A stretch of DNA of 64,000 nt, taken from a virus. A program made the position numbers and the translations under genes. The stretch covers positions 45,586 to 109,585 of the IMG/VR virus record IMGVR_UViG_3300031952_000004. One strand, given 5' to 3'. Position 1 is the stretch's first letter. Every line of letters starts with the position of its first letter. The notes beneath the pieces were generated by a model. That model searched no databases. It was not told the origin of the DNA and saw only the letters and a program-made list of their open reading frames with translations. Positions 17,897 to 28,346 of the stretch are shown here, piece by piece.

Positions 17897-20662
17897 ATGC
17901 CAAGTGGAGATTTTCTCGCACGTATAAAATTAGCATTGGAAGGAAAAGAAAAAGTCGTAAGTGGGTTATCAGAAACACAACGTGCTGCTCAACAACTTGC
18001 CAAGACTAAAGTAACTACTACCTTCGATAAAGAAGGTCTAGCTACAGGTAAACAAATAGAAGAAACTTTTAAAAATATAACTCCAGCAGCATCGAAAGCC
18101 TCTGGTATGATGAACGATTTTACCAAAGCATTATCTAGAGTTATAATAGTAGCTCCTATTTGGATGGCTTTTAGAGCTGTTATACAGAGTACGTTTGCTT
18201 TACTTAGTGAAGGATTTAAAACATGGGAGGATTTTGATAGACAATTAATAAAATCTAAAGCTGTTATTCACGATTATTCTGGAACTACTGACCAAGCTAT
18301 GGTTGTCTTAGAAGATAGAATTAGAACTTTTTCTAAAGAATCAGGAATAGCTTTAGACCAACTAACTTCTTCTTTTTATAGATTCGGAACTGTAGGAATA
18401 GCTTTCGAAGATGCTTTATCAGGAGCAATTGCTTCGGCAAAATTAGCCAAAGCAACTTTAGGAGACGTAGATACAATTTCTCGTTCTTTAGCTATGACTT
18501 ATAGATTGTTAGGAGATACAATAGATAGTAGTCTATCTCCCATGCAAAAACAAGAAAGTTTAGCAGGTAAAATTTTTCATTTATGGAAATCTAACGCTTT
18601 CGAAGCAAACGAATTTGCTGCTTCTTTAAATAATTTTATTTCTACAGCTAACATCGCAAATTTTACAGCAGACCAAACAGTTGCAACTTTAGCTGCGTTA
18701 GGTACAGCAGGTGTTCAGAATTCGAGAGGTGGTGCTTTATTAAAAACATCTATATTTAAATTAATAGAAAATATGGATAAATTAGCAGGAAGTTTAGGAT
18801 TAGCAGTCAATCCTGAATTAGAAACAACATTTGGTCTTTTTACGAGAGTATTAGATAAAATAAATTTATTAAGTCAAACTAAAGGAATTCCTGCAGAAGC
18901 AATGAAAGATATACAAGAAATATTTGGTGGGGTAAGAGGAGCACAAGCAATTTCTGCTTTAAATGCTTTACTCCCTGAATTAAAACAAAATTTAATAGAT
19001 TTAGGAAAAGACCCTCAACAATTTATAGCAGGATTAAACGAAAGATTTGAAGAAGTAAAAAGTACAGTTAGTGGACAATTAGATATTTTTAGAAATTTAA
19101 GAACTCAAATCGGCGAATCGTTTGTCAAGGCTTTATTAGGAGCAGATGATTTTAAAATAGCTTTAGAAGGTATTAATTACGATATGGAAAAAATGATGGA
19201 AACGGCAAAAAATATAGGAGAAGTACTTTATTTTTTCCATAATCCAGTAAAAGTAGCCGAACAAGATTTTATAAATATAACAAAAGAAGAAGCAAAATTT
19301 AATAAATATATATCCGATGGAATTAAAGGTGCATTATCTTTAGCAGATACTATAAAATTAATGTCTTTAATTGAAGTTACTGAAGAAACAGAAAAATTAG
19401 TGAATAAACTTAGAAAAGTAGCTGTAGAAATGGTAAAAGATTCGAATACAGCTATAGAACTTGAAAAAGAATTACAAAGAGTTGCAGATATATATAATAA
19501 AACATATAAATTAAGAGACGAATCAGCAGATAGAAAACTATCTCCCGAAGCACAACGTAAAGTAGAATTAGTTAAAACGGAATATGAAATACTAAAAAAA
19601 CAGAAAGCAGGAGTAGAGGATACAGTTATAGCTTATGAAAAAATGAATAATTTTATTAATATTTTAGTAGACGAATATAATAAATTAGAATCAGCAAATG
19701 GAAAAACAGTAGAACAAATTAATAAACAATCAATAAAAACTGCACTTTTAAAAGGAGATTTCGAAAAAATTAATGATATATTTAAAGAAAGAAAATTATC
19801 AGAAGAAGAATTAAATTCTTTAATAAAAATTTATTCGGATATAAATAAAAGTACTTTATCCGACGTGGAAAAAAGATTAGGAATAAATTCTTCTTTATTA
19901 AGAATAGCAAACGAAGAAGAATCAGCTATTATCAGACAAGAAATGGCATTAAAATCTATGATGTATGGTGAAGATTATATAAAAAATAGTATGGATGATA
20001 GACTTAAATTAGCTCAGGCATTAACTAAAGAAGCAGATGAACAAGAAAAAAAATCTAGTAGAATGGTAGAATTATTTAAAATAGTTCAAAAATATGGTGC
20101 AGGAACTGCTCAAGAAGTTTCAAAATATCTAGCTGGAGTTTTAGAATTTAGTCAATTAAGTGCAAGAGCTGTACAAGCATTAAAAAAAATACTCCCTGGA
20201 GAATTTGAACAAGGAACAGCAGAAACGTATTTTAAAGGAACTACTTTTGAATTTCCAGAAGATTTAGAAATAAAAAGAAAAGCTGAAAGAAATAGAAAAA
20301 TAATAGAAGATGTTTTTAGTATGCCTATCCCCACAAATATAGATGTAGAAACAACTGATTTTGCAGAATTAATAGATTTAACACCTAAATTAAGAGTATT
20401 AAAAGAAGTGTTTGCTCAGGCTTTTTCTGAAGGAATAAACCAAGCCCAATTAAAAATAGGATATATGGCAGACATTCTTAAACCCAGAGAAAATATTATA
20501 ACACAAATGAATATGTCAATTAATATAGAACCTATGAGAATGAATGTAGATTTAGATTCTGAACAAGTTATAGAAAAAGTGAAACAAAAAGTTAATGAAG
20601 AATTAGATAATAAAAAATCTGAAACGTATAAGAAAATACAAAATCAAATAGAAAATTTTTAG
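17897..20662 (+). CDS. Tape measure protein (TP901-like core)
   Basis: 921 aa Ala-rich helical; LAALGTAGVQNSRGG..LK, IFGGVRG motifs. Confidence 0.85.
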   Translation: MPSGDFLARIKLALEGKEKVVSGLSETQRAAQQLAKTKVTTTFDKEGLATGKQIEETFKNITPAASKASGMMNDFTKALSRVIIVAPIWMAFRAVIQSTFALLSEGFKTWEDFDRQLIKSKAVIHDYSGTTDQAMVVLEDRIRTFSKESGIALDQLTSSFYRFGTVGIAFEDALSGAIASAKLAKATLGDVDTISRSLAMTYRLLGDTIDSSLSPMQKQESLAGKIFHLWKSNAFEANEFAASLNNFISTANIANFTADQTVATLAALGTAGVQNSRGGALLKTSIFKLIENMDKLAGSLGLAVNPELETTFGLFTRVLDKINLLSQTKGIPAEAMKDIQEIFGGVRGAQAISALNALLPELKQNLIDLGKDPQQFIAGLNERFEEVKSTVSGQLDIFRNLRTQIGESFVKALLGADDFKIALEGINYDMEKMMETAKNIGEVLYFFHNPVKVAEQDFINITKEEAKFNKYISDGIKGALSLADTIKLMSLIEVTEETEKLVNKLRKVAVEMVKDSNTAIELEKELQRVADIYNKTYKLRDESADRKLSPEAQRKVELVKTEYEILKKQKAGVEDTVIAYEKMNNFINILVDEYNKLESANGKTVEQINKQSIKTALLKGDFEKINDIFKERKLSEEELNSLIKIYSDINKSTLSDVEKRLGINSSLLRIANEEESAIIRQEMALKSMMYGEDYIKNSMDDRLKLAQALTKEADEQEKKSSRMVELFKIVQKYGAGTAQEVSKYLAGVLEFSQLSARAVQALKKILPGEFEQGTAETYFKGTTFEFPEDLEIKRKAERNRKIIEDVFSMPIPTNIDVETTDFAELIDLTPKLRVLKEVFAQAFSEGINQAQLKIGYMADILKPRENIITQMNMSINIEPMRMNVDLDSEQVIEKVKQKVNEELDNKKSETYKKIQNQIENF

Positions 20663-20674
20663 AGGAGATAAAAT

Positions 20675-21073
20675 ATGTCTGTGAATTTTAAACTTTATGC
20701 AAGTAACGGTTCAACTTTAATTCATACTTTTTCTACAGTTTTTCAAGCTAATTATCCTCATACAGAAAAAAAATTAATTGAACATGAGAATGTAAGAGGA
20801 AAAGGAAGTATAATAGTAGATGGTGGTGATTCTTCATGGACTTTAACGCTAAGAGGAGTATTATTTGCTAACGATTATGATGCTTTAATGGCATTAGTAG
20901 ATACTATGGAATCTAGTATAGTTTTAAATACTCCTTATGTTTTAAAAATTTTAAGTGGAGTAACTACTCATAGTTATAATTGTAAAAGAATAGTACCGAT
21001 AATATACCAGGAAGATTCGCTTAGAACTAATTTTATAGAATATACATGCGAACTAAGATGTTTATCATGGTAA
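20675..21073 (+). CDS. Distal-tail-like protein
   Basis: Immediately after tape measure; G..IVDGG..WTLTLRG pattern. Confidence 0.5.
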   Translation: MSVNFKLYASNGSTLIHTFSTVFQANYPHTEKKLIEHENVRGKGSIIVDGGDSSWTLTLRGVLFANDYDALMALVDTMESSIVLNTPYVLKILSGVTTHSYNCKRIVPIIYQEDSLRTNFIEYTCELRCLSW

Positions 21074-21092
21074 AAGATAAGGAGAAATAAAA

Positions 21093-21719
21093 ATGGCACT
21101 AACAATTTATGTAAACAAAAGTACAAATGATTTAAGTAGAGCAGCAAGTCCAACTGACTTTATATTAATGAACCTTACTAACGATTCTTTAATTTTTTCA
21201 GCAGGTTCTGATACTGTTAAAGATGGAGAACCTATACCTACACCTACGCAACTTAATTCAGCAGCAATTTTAATAACAGTAACAGATGTAGAAGTTCCTC
21301 ATTTCTTTTTAGCAGATGCTTCGGACGACGAATTAAAAGAAATACATAACGCTGGTAATCAAAATAAGCAATATGTATTTTGTGCAGCTTTTGGCGGAGC
21401 AACTGCCTCCGAACCTATATTAGAACTTTGGGACGACGAAGATTTAGATTCTATAAATAGTTATTGTTTAGGAGCAGGAGTAGCTAATAATAGTTTTTTT
21501 AGAGGAATTCAAACCACATCAGGACTTCCAGGAGACGGATGGACAGGAAGTAGATTAGCAGGAAGTTCAGATAATCATTTTCTATGGCTAAATGACGAAG
21601 ACGGAGCATTATCTGGAGCTTCAGATTTATATTGGACTTTAAGAATAACAGTACCAGCAGATTATGCAAATGCTGCTTCGGAATCACCAACTATGGTTAT
21701 AAAGTGGACAGAAAATTAA
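21093..21719 (+). CDS. Tail-associated beta-sandwich protein
   Basis: Acidic, Ser/Gly-rich; weak similarity to 22453-22926. Confidence 0.5.
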   Translation: MALTIYVNKSTNDLSRAASPTDFILMNLTNDSLIFSAGSDTVKDGEPIPTPTQLNSAAILITVTDVEVPHFFLADASDDELKEIHNAGNQNKQYVFCAAFGGATASEPILELWDDEDLDSINSYCLGAGVANNSFFRGIQTTSGLPGDGWTGSRLAGSSDNHFLWLNDEDGALSGASDLYWTLRITVPADYANAASESPTMVIKWTEN

Positions 21720-21720
21720 T

Positions 21721-22293
21721 ATGAAAGAAAAATATACTTTCGTAGGAGAACAAAAAGTAACTGCGTCTTTTGTGAGTGGAAACTACATATGGATAGCTTT
21801 TTATGGAATATCTAATAAATGTAGTTTATATAAATCTTCTATTTTTAATCCTAATCTAATTTACTGGGATATAGAAATTACAGGTAATGAAATCAATTAT
21901 ATGATAGAAGATACTACTTATCTTTATTTGGCTTTAGATGATTCTACTTATATAGGAGCTAAAGTAGAAAAAAATAATCCTTCTACTATTACTTATTTTA
22001 CGAAAGATGTAGGTATAACAGAAAAAGCAATAGATTTAACTAGAGATACTACTTATATTTATTTTTTAATTCCAGGAATAGCTTTTGGAACCAATACAAA
22101 AATAGTAAAATATAATGCTAGTACAAGAGCATATGTAGAAACGATAGACTTAGCAACAGTAAGTAATGCAAAAAAGATAGATACAGATGTCAACGGAAAT
22201 TTATGGTTAGTTTCTGATTTAGATTTGACTCCTACCATTACAAAAGTCTGGTACGACGGTTCTTGGCAATTTTTAAGTTATTTATTATCATAG
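21721..22293 (+). CDS. Beta-propeller-like tail protein
   Basis: Repeated DTTY(L/I)Y and NGNLW blades. Confidence 0.5.
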   Translation: MKEKYTFVGEQKVTASFVSGNYIWIAFYGISNKCSLYKSSIFNPNLIYWDIEITGNEINYMIEDTTYLYLALDDSTYIGAKVEKNNPSTITYFTKDVGITEKAIDLTRDTTYIYFLIPGIAFGTNTKIVKYNASTRAYVETIDLATVSNAKKIDTDVNGNLWLVSDLDLTPTITKVWYDGSWQFLSYLLS

Positions 22294-22302
22294 GAGCAAA
22301 AA

Positions 22303-22437
22303 ATGATTAAACGAAATGATTTTGTAGAAAGGTCTATTTATTTATTAAGAGAAAAATTAGAAGAAAATTTACCACTAGAAGCAACTTTGGATGAGATGGT
22401 AGAAATAGCAAGAGAATTAATTAAAGAAATTTTTTAA
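22303..22437 (+). CDS. Small helical protein (44 aa, not in ORF track)
   Basis: AGGAG RBS; MIKRNDFVERSIYLLREKLEENLPLEATLDEMVEIARELIKEIF. Confidence 0.5.
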   Translation: MIKRNDFVERSIYLLREKLEENLPLEATLDEMVEIARELIKEIF

Positions 22438-22452
22438 AAAGGAGGTAATTCA

Positions 22453-22926
22453 ATGTCCGCCACATTAAATTGGAAAGAAAGTAATTTAGTAGGAGAAGTA
22501 GAAACAGCAATTACAAATATTAATTTTGGTAATGTTGACGAACCAAATATTGTTCCAGCAGATGACCCTGTAATAATCGGTCAGAATTCTTTTTCAAAAT
22601 ATATTAGAGTTCTTTTTACAGGAACTTGGACAGAAATTTCTAATATGAAATTTTGGAAATCAAGTGGAGATTATAAAACAGATGAGATAATAAAAGCAGT
22701 AGCTAATATTGCTTATTCCACACCTTCAAAAGTATCTACAGGAGATTCGAGTATTCCAATTACAGAAGGAACAGCGTTAGTAATTCAAGCAGCAGATGGA
22801 AGTCTTACAATTACGCCACCTGAAGATTATACTAAATATATTAGATTACAAACTCAATCTACAGTTTCTACTCCAGTAGGAGCAGGAAATCAAAAAGAAT
22901 TTACTTTTCAATGGGATGAAACTTAA
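22453..22926 (+). CDS. Tail-associated beta-sandwich protein
   Basis: GGAGG RBS; NSFSKYIR..ISNMKFW..YIRLQ..FTFQWDET. Confidence 0.55.
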   Translation: MSATLNWKESNLVGEVETAITNINFGNVDEPNIVPADDPVIIGQNSFSKYIRVLFTGTWTEISNMKFWKSSGDYKTDEIIKAVANIAYSTPSKVSTGDSSIPITEGTALVIQAADGSLTITPPEDYTKYIRLQTQSTVSTPVGAGNQKEFTFQWDET

Positions 22927-22939
22927 TTAGGAGAAAATA

Positions 22940-23395
22940 ATGGATACAACCATTAATACAGATTTAAGAGTAGGTAATAATACAATAGAGCCTTGCTCTT
23001 TCTTTTGGATTTCATTATTTCAGGATAATTCTAAGATAGAACAATTTAATCCAGATGGTAGCGAAAATAGATTCCAATTAGTTAAAGATAAAATGAATGA
23101 ACTTGCTTATTTTAATTTAACAGATAGAAAAGGACACTTTTTTACAATTGATTTAATAAATGGAAGAATTGGTTATAATTATTTGCCATTTCCTTATTTA
23201 GAAAAAACCGATAAACAAAATATAAGACTTATTTTTTTCCGTAGGCACCAAATGAAAATGTCTATGGATGGAAAATTAAAATCACATACAATAATTTATC
23301 ATCTTGGATTTCAATGGCAAGATTTTGAAAAAAGAAATCATAAGATTATTCTAAAAATAGATAACGAAGGCAGTTGGATTTTGGGAGATAATTAA
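22940..23395 (+). CDS. Hypothetical phage protein
   Basis: ORF with RBS; begins with INTDLR motif also repeated in next gene. Confidence 0.55.
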   Translation: MDTTINTDLRVGNNTIEPCSFFWISLFQDNSKIEQFNPDGSENRFQLVKDKMNELAYFNLTDRKGHFFTIDLINGRIGYNYLPFPYLEKTDKQNIRLIFFRRHQMKMSMDGKLKSHTIIYHLGFQWQDFEKRNHKIILKIDNEGSWILGDN

Positions 23396-26262
23396 TGTCA
23401 GGATTAGATGGATTTGTAAAATTATTATTACACTGCGATGGAACAGACGGGTCTACTACTTTTATAGATTCTTCATTTAGTCCAAAAACTATAACAGCAG
23501 TCGGAAATGCTCAATTAGATACAGCTCAAAAGAAATTTGGTACAGCTTCAGGTTTATTCGACGGAAACGATTCTTTAACAGCAATAGCAAGTACAGATTG
23601 GAATTTTGGAACAGATAATTTTACTATAGATTTCTGGATAAGATTTAATGCTATAGGAGGTGGAGGAGGAGTTTCTCCTAATAATCAATATTTTATAGAT
23701 ATAGGTTCTAATAAATCTTGTATAAAATGGTATAATGGTAATTGGGAAGTTTATACTGATTTAATAGGTGGACAAAAAGTTTTAACTTGGGCTAATACAC
23801 CTAGTATAAATACATGGTATCATGTAGCAGTAGTAAGAAATGGTAATACTTGGTATTTATTTGTAGATGGAATATCACGTAATTCAAATACTAGTAGTAA
23901 TAGTTTTGGTAGTTCTTCATTAGTTCTTACAATAGGAAATTATGGCGGAGGAGGAAGTTATGGATTAAATGGTTGGTTAGATGAACTTCGTATTTCAAAA
24001 GGCACAGCACGTTGGACTACTACCTTTACTCCACCCACTGAAGAATATAATAATAAAGTTAAACAAACAATTACTTCAGATATAGAATTTTCTCATTTAA
24101 GAGAAAAGATAGAATCTGATATTCATTTTAAAGTAGAAGGACTTCAAGAAATAATAACTTCCGATGTAGAATTCTCTCCTTTAATAGAAAAAATATCATC
24201 CGACGTTCATTTCAAAGCAGAAGGGTTTCAGCAAATAATAGAATCAGATGTAGAATTTTTAAATAGAAAACAAGAAATTATTAATTCAGATATTTATTTT
24301 ATAGAAGAATACGATGGAAAATTTATTCATGATAATCATTTATTTTTAGTTACAGATACCAATCCAACTCAAATTATAAAAATAGATTTAACCAATCCTG
24401 CAAGTTATACTAAATATACTATAACAGGAAAAACTAATGGAAAAGATTTAGTAATTAATCATGATAGAGAGTATTTATACGCTTCTTTATCTGGCGGATA
24501 TATAGTAAAAGCTAGTACAGATGACCCATCTATCCAAACTATTCATGATATAGGAGAAGGAAATCAACTTTATTCTATCACTCATAATCCTAATTATTTA
24601 ACTACATTTATTGCTGATGCGGCAGCAGGAGATAGTTTATTTATTTTAGATGAAGCTACTTACGAAAAAATTAATACAGATTTTAGAACGAAAGCAGAAG
24701 AAGAATCTCAGATAAAAACAAGTTTCGGTACTACATTCGGTTCTAAGATTAATACAGATTTTAGGACAATAGCAACTAATAAATCACAAATAAATACAGA
24801 TTTAAGATTTATTAAAATTAGTTATCCAGAAATTAGTTATACCAATCCATTAGCCAGAACAGATTTTCACGTAAAAATAGACGATGTAGAATTAGGCAAT
24901 GATGATTTAAAATTAGATTCTATAAAAATAAATCATACAGCAGATAACAAAAGTACAGCAGATTTTGTTTTAAATAGAAAACACGACGATTTAAATAATC
25001 CAACTACTATTACTTCTAATAATAATGTAAAAATTTATTTGGGTACTAAATTAGAATTTGAAGGAATAATAATTAAAATTAATTCTAGAAGCGAAGAAGA
25101 ATTAGTTGATATATATTGCGAAACAATAAATGTAAATACAAATTATAATATTGTAACAAAAGATTTACCTCTTACTGTTTTAAACGAAAAATTACATCTA
25201 TATGATATCTTAGTAAACGATATAAGTATAGAAAAACCTTATTTAAGTACATTATTAGTTATTTTAGGAAATAATAATAAATATTGGAACGGAACTATAT
25301 GGGTAAGTAAAATAACAGAAGCATTAACATTCGCTACATTTGCTTTGGCAGAAAGTTATATAACAGCCAATGAAACTAATGATAGTTTTTATTCTAAAGA
25401 ACCTACTGTAAGTAATTATGAAGAAAGTCCTCAATACTACAAGGGAATAAAGGTTAATCTAGGTACAAGAATAGACGAAAGAGATATACAATTTAGTGGA
25501 GAACATGACAATTTTCGTACAGCTCAAGAATTAGAAGAAGGAACATTTAAATTTACTCCAAATTATACTTATTTTTGGACAGTAGATGTTAAATGGTTTA
25601 ATTTAACAGGCAGTCAAAGAACTTCAGGTCAGAGATATATAGGAACTAGTTTAGCTCCCATAAATGAAGACTTATTTGAAATTCGAGAAGCATATTATAA
25701 AAAACAAAGAATTTTGGATGATATAATAACAGAATTGGGATATTATACAATAGGAACAGCTCCTTTTAAAGAAATTTCAGTAAAAAATGGAATAAAAAAG
25801 GCTAGATTTAGATATGAAGATAAGGATGATGGACTTTATCGAACAATAGGAAACATTTATGATTACGAACAATATTGTAAAGATGTTGCTGCTATTGAAT
25901 ACAAAAAAATAAAAAATATAAACGGAGAGGTATTACCTAAGAGTTCAGCTAATTTACAATTAACCATAGATGGATATTTATATTATGATTTAAAATTATT
26001 AACAAGAACAAATATAACTAATACTACAAGTAGTAATATTTATAAAAATAGTAATGGTTTTCCTGTTAGTATAAAACAAATTACAATAGATTCTTCGACT
26101 ATGTCAGTAAATTTAGTTTGTGATAATACTAAATCTAATTATGAATTAGAATTATTAGATGGTCAATATCCTATAGAACCTGCTGAAAAACCAGCATTTT
26201 CTTATAAATTTTATCAAAAATGGGATTTATCAAATTGGGAAAACATAGAGGTATTTAATTAA
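23395..26262 (+). CDS. Large tail-tip protein: LamG domain, repeats, propeller and hub-like region
   Basis: LLLHCDGTDGSTTF..FTIDFW..WYHVAVVR..G.LDELRISKG.AR LamG signature; I.SD..F and INTD.R repeats. Confidence 0.7.
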   Translation: MSGLDGFVKLLLHCDGTDGSTTFIDSSFSPKTITAVGNAQLDTAQKKFGTASGLFDGNDSLTAIASTDWNFGTDNFTIDFWIRFNAIGGGGGVSPNNQYFIDIGSNKSCIKWYNGNWEVYTDLIGGQKVLTWANTPSINTWYHVAVVRNGNTWYLFVDGISRNSNTSSNSFGSSSLVLTIGNYGGGGSYGLNGWLDELRISKGTARWTTTFTPPTEEYNNKVKQTITSDIEFSHLREKIESDIHFKVEGLQEIITSDVEFSPLIEKISSDVHFKAEGFQQIIESDVEFLNRKQEIINSDIYFIEEYDGKFIHDNHLFLVTDTNPTQIIKIDLTNPASYTKYTITGKTNGKDLVINHDREYLYASLSGGYIVKASTDDPSIQTIHDIGEGNQLYSITHNPNYLTTFIADAAAGDSLFILDEATYEKINTDFRTKAEEESQIKTSFGTTFGSKINTDFRTIATNKSQINTDLRFIKISYPEISYTNPLARTDFHVKIDDVELGNDDLKLDSIKINHTADNKSTADFVLNRKHDDLNNPTTITSNNNVKIYLGTKLEFEGIIIKINSRSEEELVDIYCETINVNTNYNIVTKDLPLTVLNEKLHLYDILVNDISIEKPYLSTLLVILGNNNKYWNGTIWVSKITEALTFATFALAESYITANETNDSFYSKEPTVSNYEESPQYYKGIKVNLGTRIDERDIQFSGEHDNFRTAQELEEGTFKFTPNYTYFWTVDVKWFNLTGSQRTSGQRYIGTSLAPINEDLFEIREAYYKKQRILDDIITELGYYTIGTAPFKEISVKNGIKKARFRYEDKDDGLYRTIGNIYDYEQYCKDVAAIEYKKIKNINGEVLPKSSANLQLTIDGYLYYDLKLLTRTNITNTTSSNIYKNSNGFPVSIKQITIDSSTMSVNLVCDNTKSNYELELLDGQYPIEPAEKPAFSYKFYQKWDLSNWENIEVFN

Positions 26263-26756
26263 TGAATAATTATTACGAAGATAAACATAAAATTAGAACA
26301 ATTTATAATAATTTACAAACTTCGAAACAGCAATATGATAAATTAAAAAAACAACTCATTAATAAAACATCTATAAATTATATAAAAACAAAAAACGAAT
26401 ATATTATAGACGAAATAACTACCACAGATAATTATTACGGTAAATCTTGGTATATCGAATTAAAAAATTTTCCAGAAAATATATTACCATTTATTAAGAT
26501 TATTCCTATTATTTCTACAACAACAGCTTTTGAAGACGAAATAGCTACTTGGTTTCAATTAGGAGATAGGAGTCAATTTGTCTACTTTATTAATAAAAGA
26601 TTAGATATAGAATCGGATAAGGATATATTTTATATTAGCATTTATTATTATCATGGGATTAATTATATAGATGAACTTCCTCCGATAATTTTAAAATTAA
26701 AAATGTATATAGATTTACCTCAAAATTACGATGAATTACGAACAAATAAAACATAA
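26262..26756 (+). CDS. Tail-tip accessory protein, paralogue A
   Basis: Shares N-terminus and NFP..(I/L)PFIK, PQNY with 27849-28346. Confidence 0.6.
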   Translation: MNNYYEDKHKIRTIYNNLQTSKQQYDKLKKQLINKTSINYIKTKNEYIIDEITTTDNYYGKSWYIELKNFPENILPFIKIIPIISTTTAFEDEIATWFQLGDRSQFVYFINKRLDIESDKDIFYISIYYYHGINYIDELPPIILKLKMYIDLPQNYDELRTNKT

Positions 26757-26904
26757 AATTAAAAACTGTTATAACGATTCTAAAAATTTACAACAAAATG
26801 TAGATAAAGTAAATTATATAGGTGAAAATTTAAATAGAGAAAAAATAGTTCAAAAAATTAGTTATTTAGAATCTATTTGGTTAACATTAATAAGAGTAAG
26901 TTAA
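26731..26904 (+). CDS. 57 aa ORF with the same N-terminal coiled motif (not in ORF track)
   Basis: MNYEQIKHKIKNCYNDSKNLQQNVDKV...ISYLESIW; in frame with 26917 across one TAA. Confidence 0.6.
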   Translation: MNYEQIKHKIKNCYNDSKNLQQNVDKVNYIGENLNREKIVQKISYLESIWLTLIRVS

Positions 26905-26916
26905 GGAAAAAATATA

Positions 26917-27852
26917 ATGAGTTTTGTTTATCCAGAATATTTACATCCTGGTATAGTAGAAAAATATAAGTGGATAAGTTATAATTATTATTCTTATATC
27001 GATTTAGATATAAAAGAAGAAAATTTAAATTTAGTAGATTATCAAACTTTGATTAATTCAGAGGCAGATTTAGAAGAAAATTTTCAAACTTTATTTAATG
27101 AACCTAGATGGGAAGAATATTGGACTGCTTATGTAGGTTCGACTTTAATAGCTCAAAAATTTCACTTATATGATTCAACTGGCAATTGGTTTTATGCTGT
27201 AGTTCCTTATGGAATAACAGCTTCAGATGTTGCTCTATATTCTAAATACGATAGTGGATTACGTTTAACTGTTATATATTGGGATTCTACTTTAAAATAT
27301 AAGATATACGCAAGAAGATATTGGGTAGGAGATAAATTTGAATATAGAATATATCCCCCTAGCGGAACAGGTACTTGCCCAGAGTTACCCTCTACTTTAA
27401 CTTTAAAATTAAATTATCCAGATGCACAATTTGCTAATTCTGAATATACTTTTTGGGAAAATAGTAGAAAATTTGATATTGCAAGGCAATATAGAGTTTT
27501 TCTTAAAACAAATAGTAATCCTGTAGAAAAATTTAGATTAATAGAAACAGGAAAAATATACGAAGTTGTACCTACAACTCGTGATGATGATATAATATTT
27601 TATAGAACTACCGAAATAGTAACTAAACATCTAATATGGGTACCAACTCCACCACCTGCCCCCGAACCTGGATATTGGACATTTCATTTTGATACTTCGG
27701 GAGTAATTTATGGAGCAACAATTAGAAAAATAACATATGTTCGTGCAGAGGGAGTAATTCCTATTGAAGATTTACCTCAAATAAGAACGAAATTAATAGT
27801 AAGTATAAAACCTAACTTTAATTATAAAGAACGACAACAATACGAAAAATGA
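26917..27852 (+). CDS. Aromatic-rich tail-tip/receptor-binding candidate
   Basis: Tyr/Trp-rich beta protein at end of tail module. Confidence 0.5.
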   Translation: MSFVYPEYLHPGIVEKYKWISYNYYSYIDLDIKEENLNLVDYQTLINSEADLEENFQTLFNEPRWEEYWTAYVGSTLIAQKFHLYDSTGNWFYAVVPYGITASDVALYSKYDSGLRLTVIYWDSTLKYKIYARRYWVGDKFEYRIYPPSGTGTCPELPSTLTLKLNYPDAQFANSEYTFWENSRKFDIARQYRVFLKTNSNPVEKFRLIETGKIYEVVPTTRDDDIIFYRTTEIVTKHLIWVPTPPPAPEPGYWTFHFDTSGVIYGATIRKITYVRAEGVIPIEDLPQIRTKLIVSIKPNFNYKERQQYEK

Positions 27853-28346
27853 ATTACGAACAACAAAAAAATAAGATACATAATGTTTTTAATAATACAC
27901 AAGAAGTAATTTTTGATATTGATAATTTACAGAAACAAGAAATATTAACAAACGAAAAAATAAATTTTAATGATATTTCTTTTATTAAAAATATAGCTTA
28001 TTTAGATACAGGATGGCAAGATTTTGAAAAAAAATACGATGGGGGAAGATGGGAAAACGACTATTTTTATTATCCCCTTTCTGTTAATATTAATAATTTT
28101 CCAGGAAGATTAATTCCTTTCATTAAATATGCTGATTTTTATTCTGCTTTACAGATTGACGAAGATTATATCGATATTAATTCTTATGGGTGTATATTTA
28201 TAAATCCAGATATGAAGAAAGAAATAAAAGACCAAGAATTCCCTATTACTATTTTTAGATACATGTCTTTATGGTTTCCTTTCAGTTCTGTTAATAATAA
28301 AGCTAGATTTATTATTAAATTAGCCAATCCTCAAAATTATGTTTAG
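27849..28346 (+). CDS. Tail-tip accessory protein, paralogue C
   Basis: MNYEQQKNKIHNVFNN...NFPGRLIPFIK...PQNY. Confidence 0.6.
   Translation: MNYEQQKNKIHNVFNNTQEVIFDIDNLQKQEILTNEKINFNDISFIKNIAYLDTGWQDFEKKYDGGRWENDYFYYPLSVNINNFPGRLIPFIKYADFYSALQIDEDYIDINSYGCIFINPDMKKEIKDQEFPITIFRYMSLWFPFSSVNNKARFIIKLANPQNYV

Noticed and set aside
26902-26916. Stop-codon reassignment suggested by in-frame TAA-GGA junctions
   Set aside because: TAAGGA is simply the Shine-Dalgarno sequence; long genes are intact in the standard code and all three stops are used
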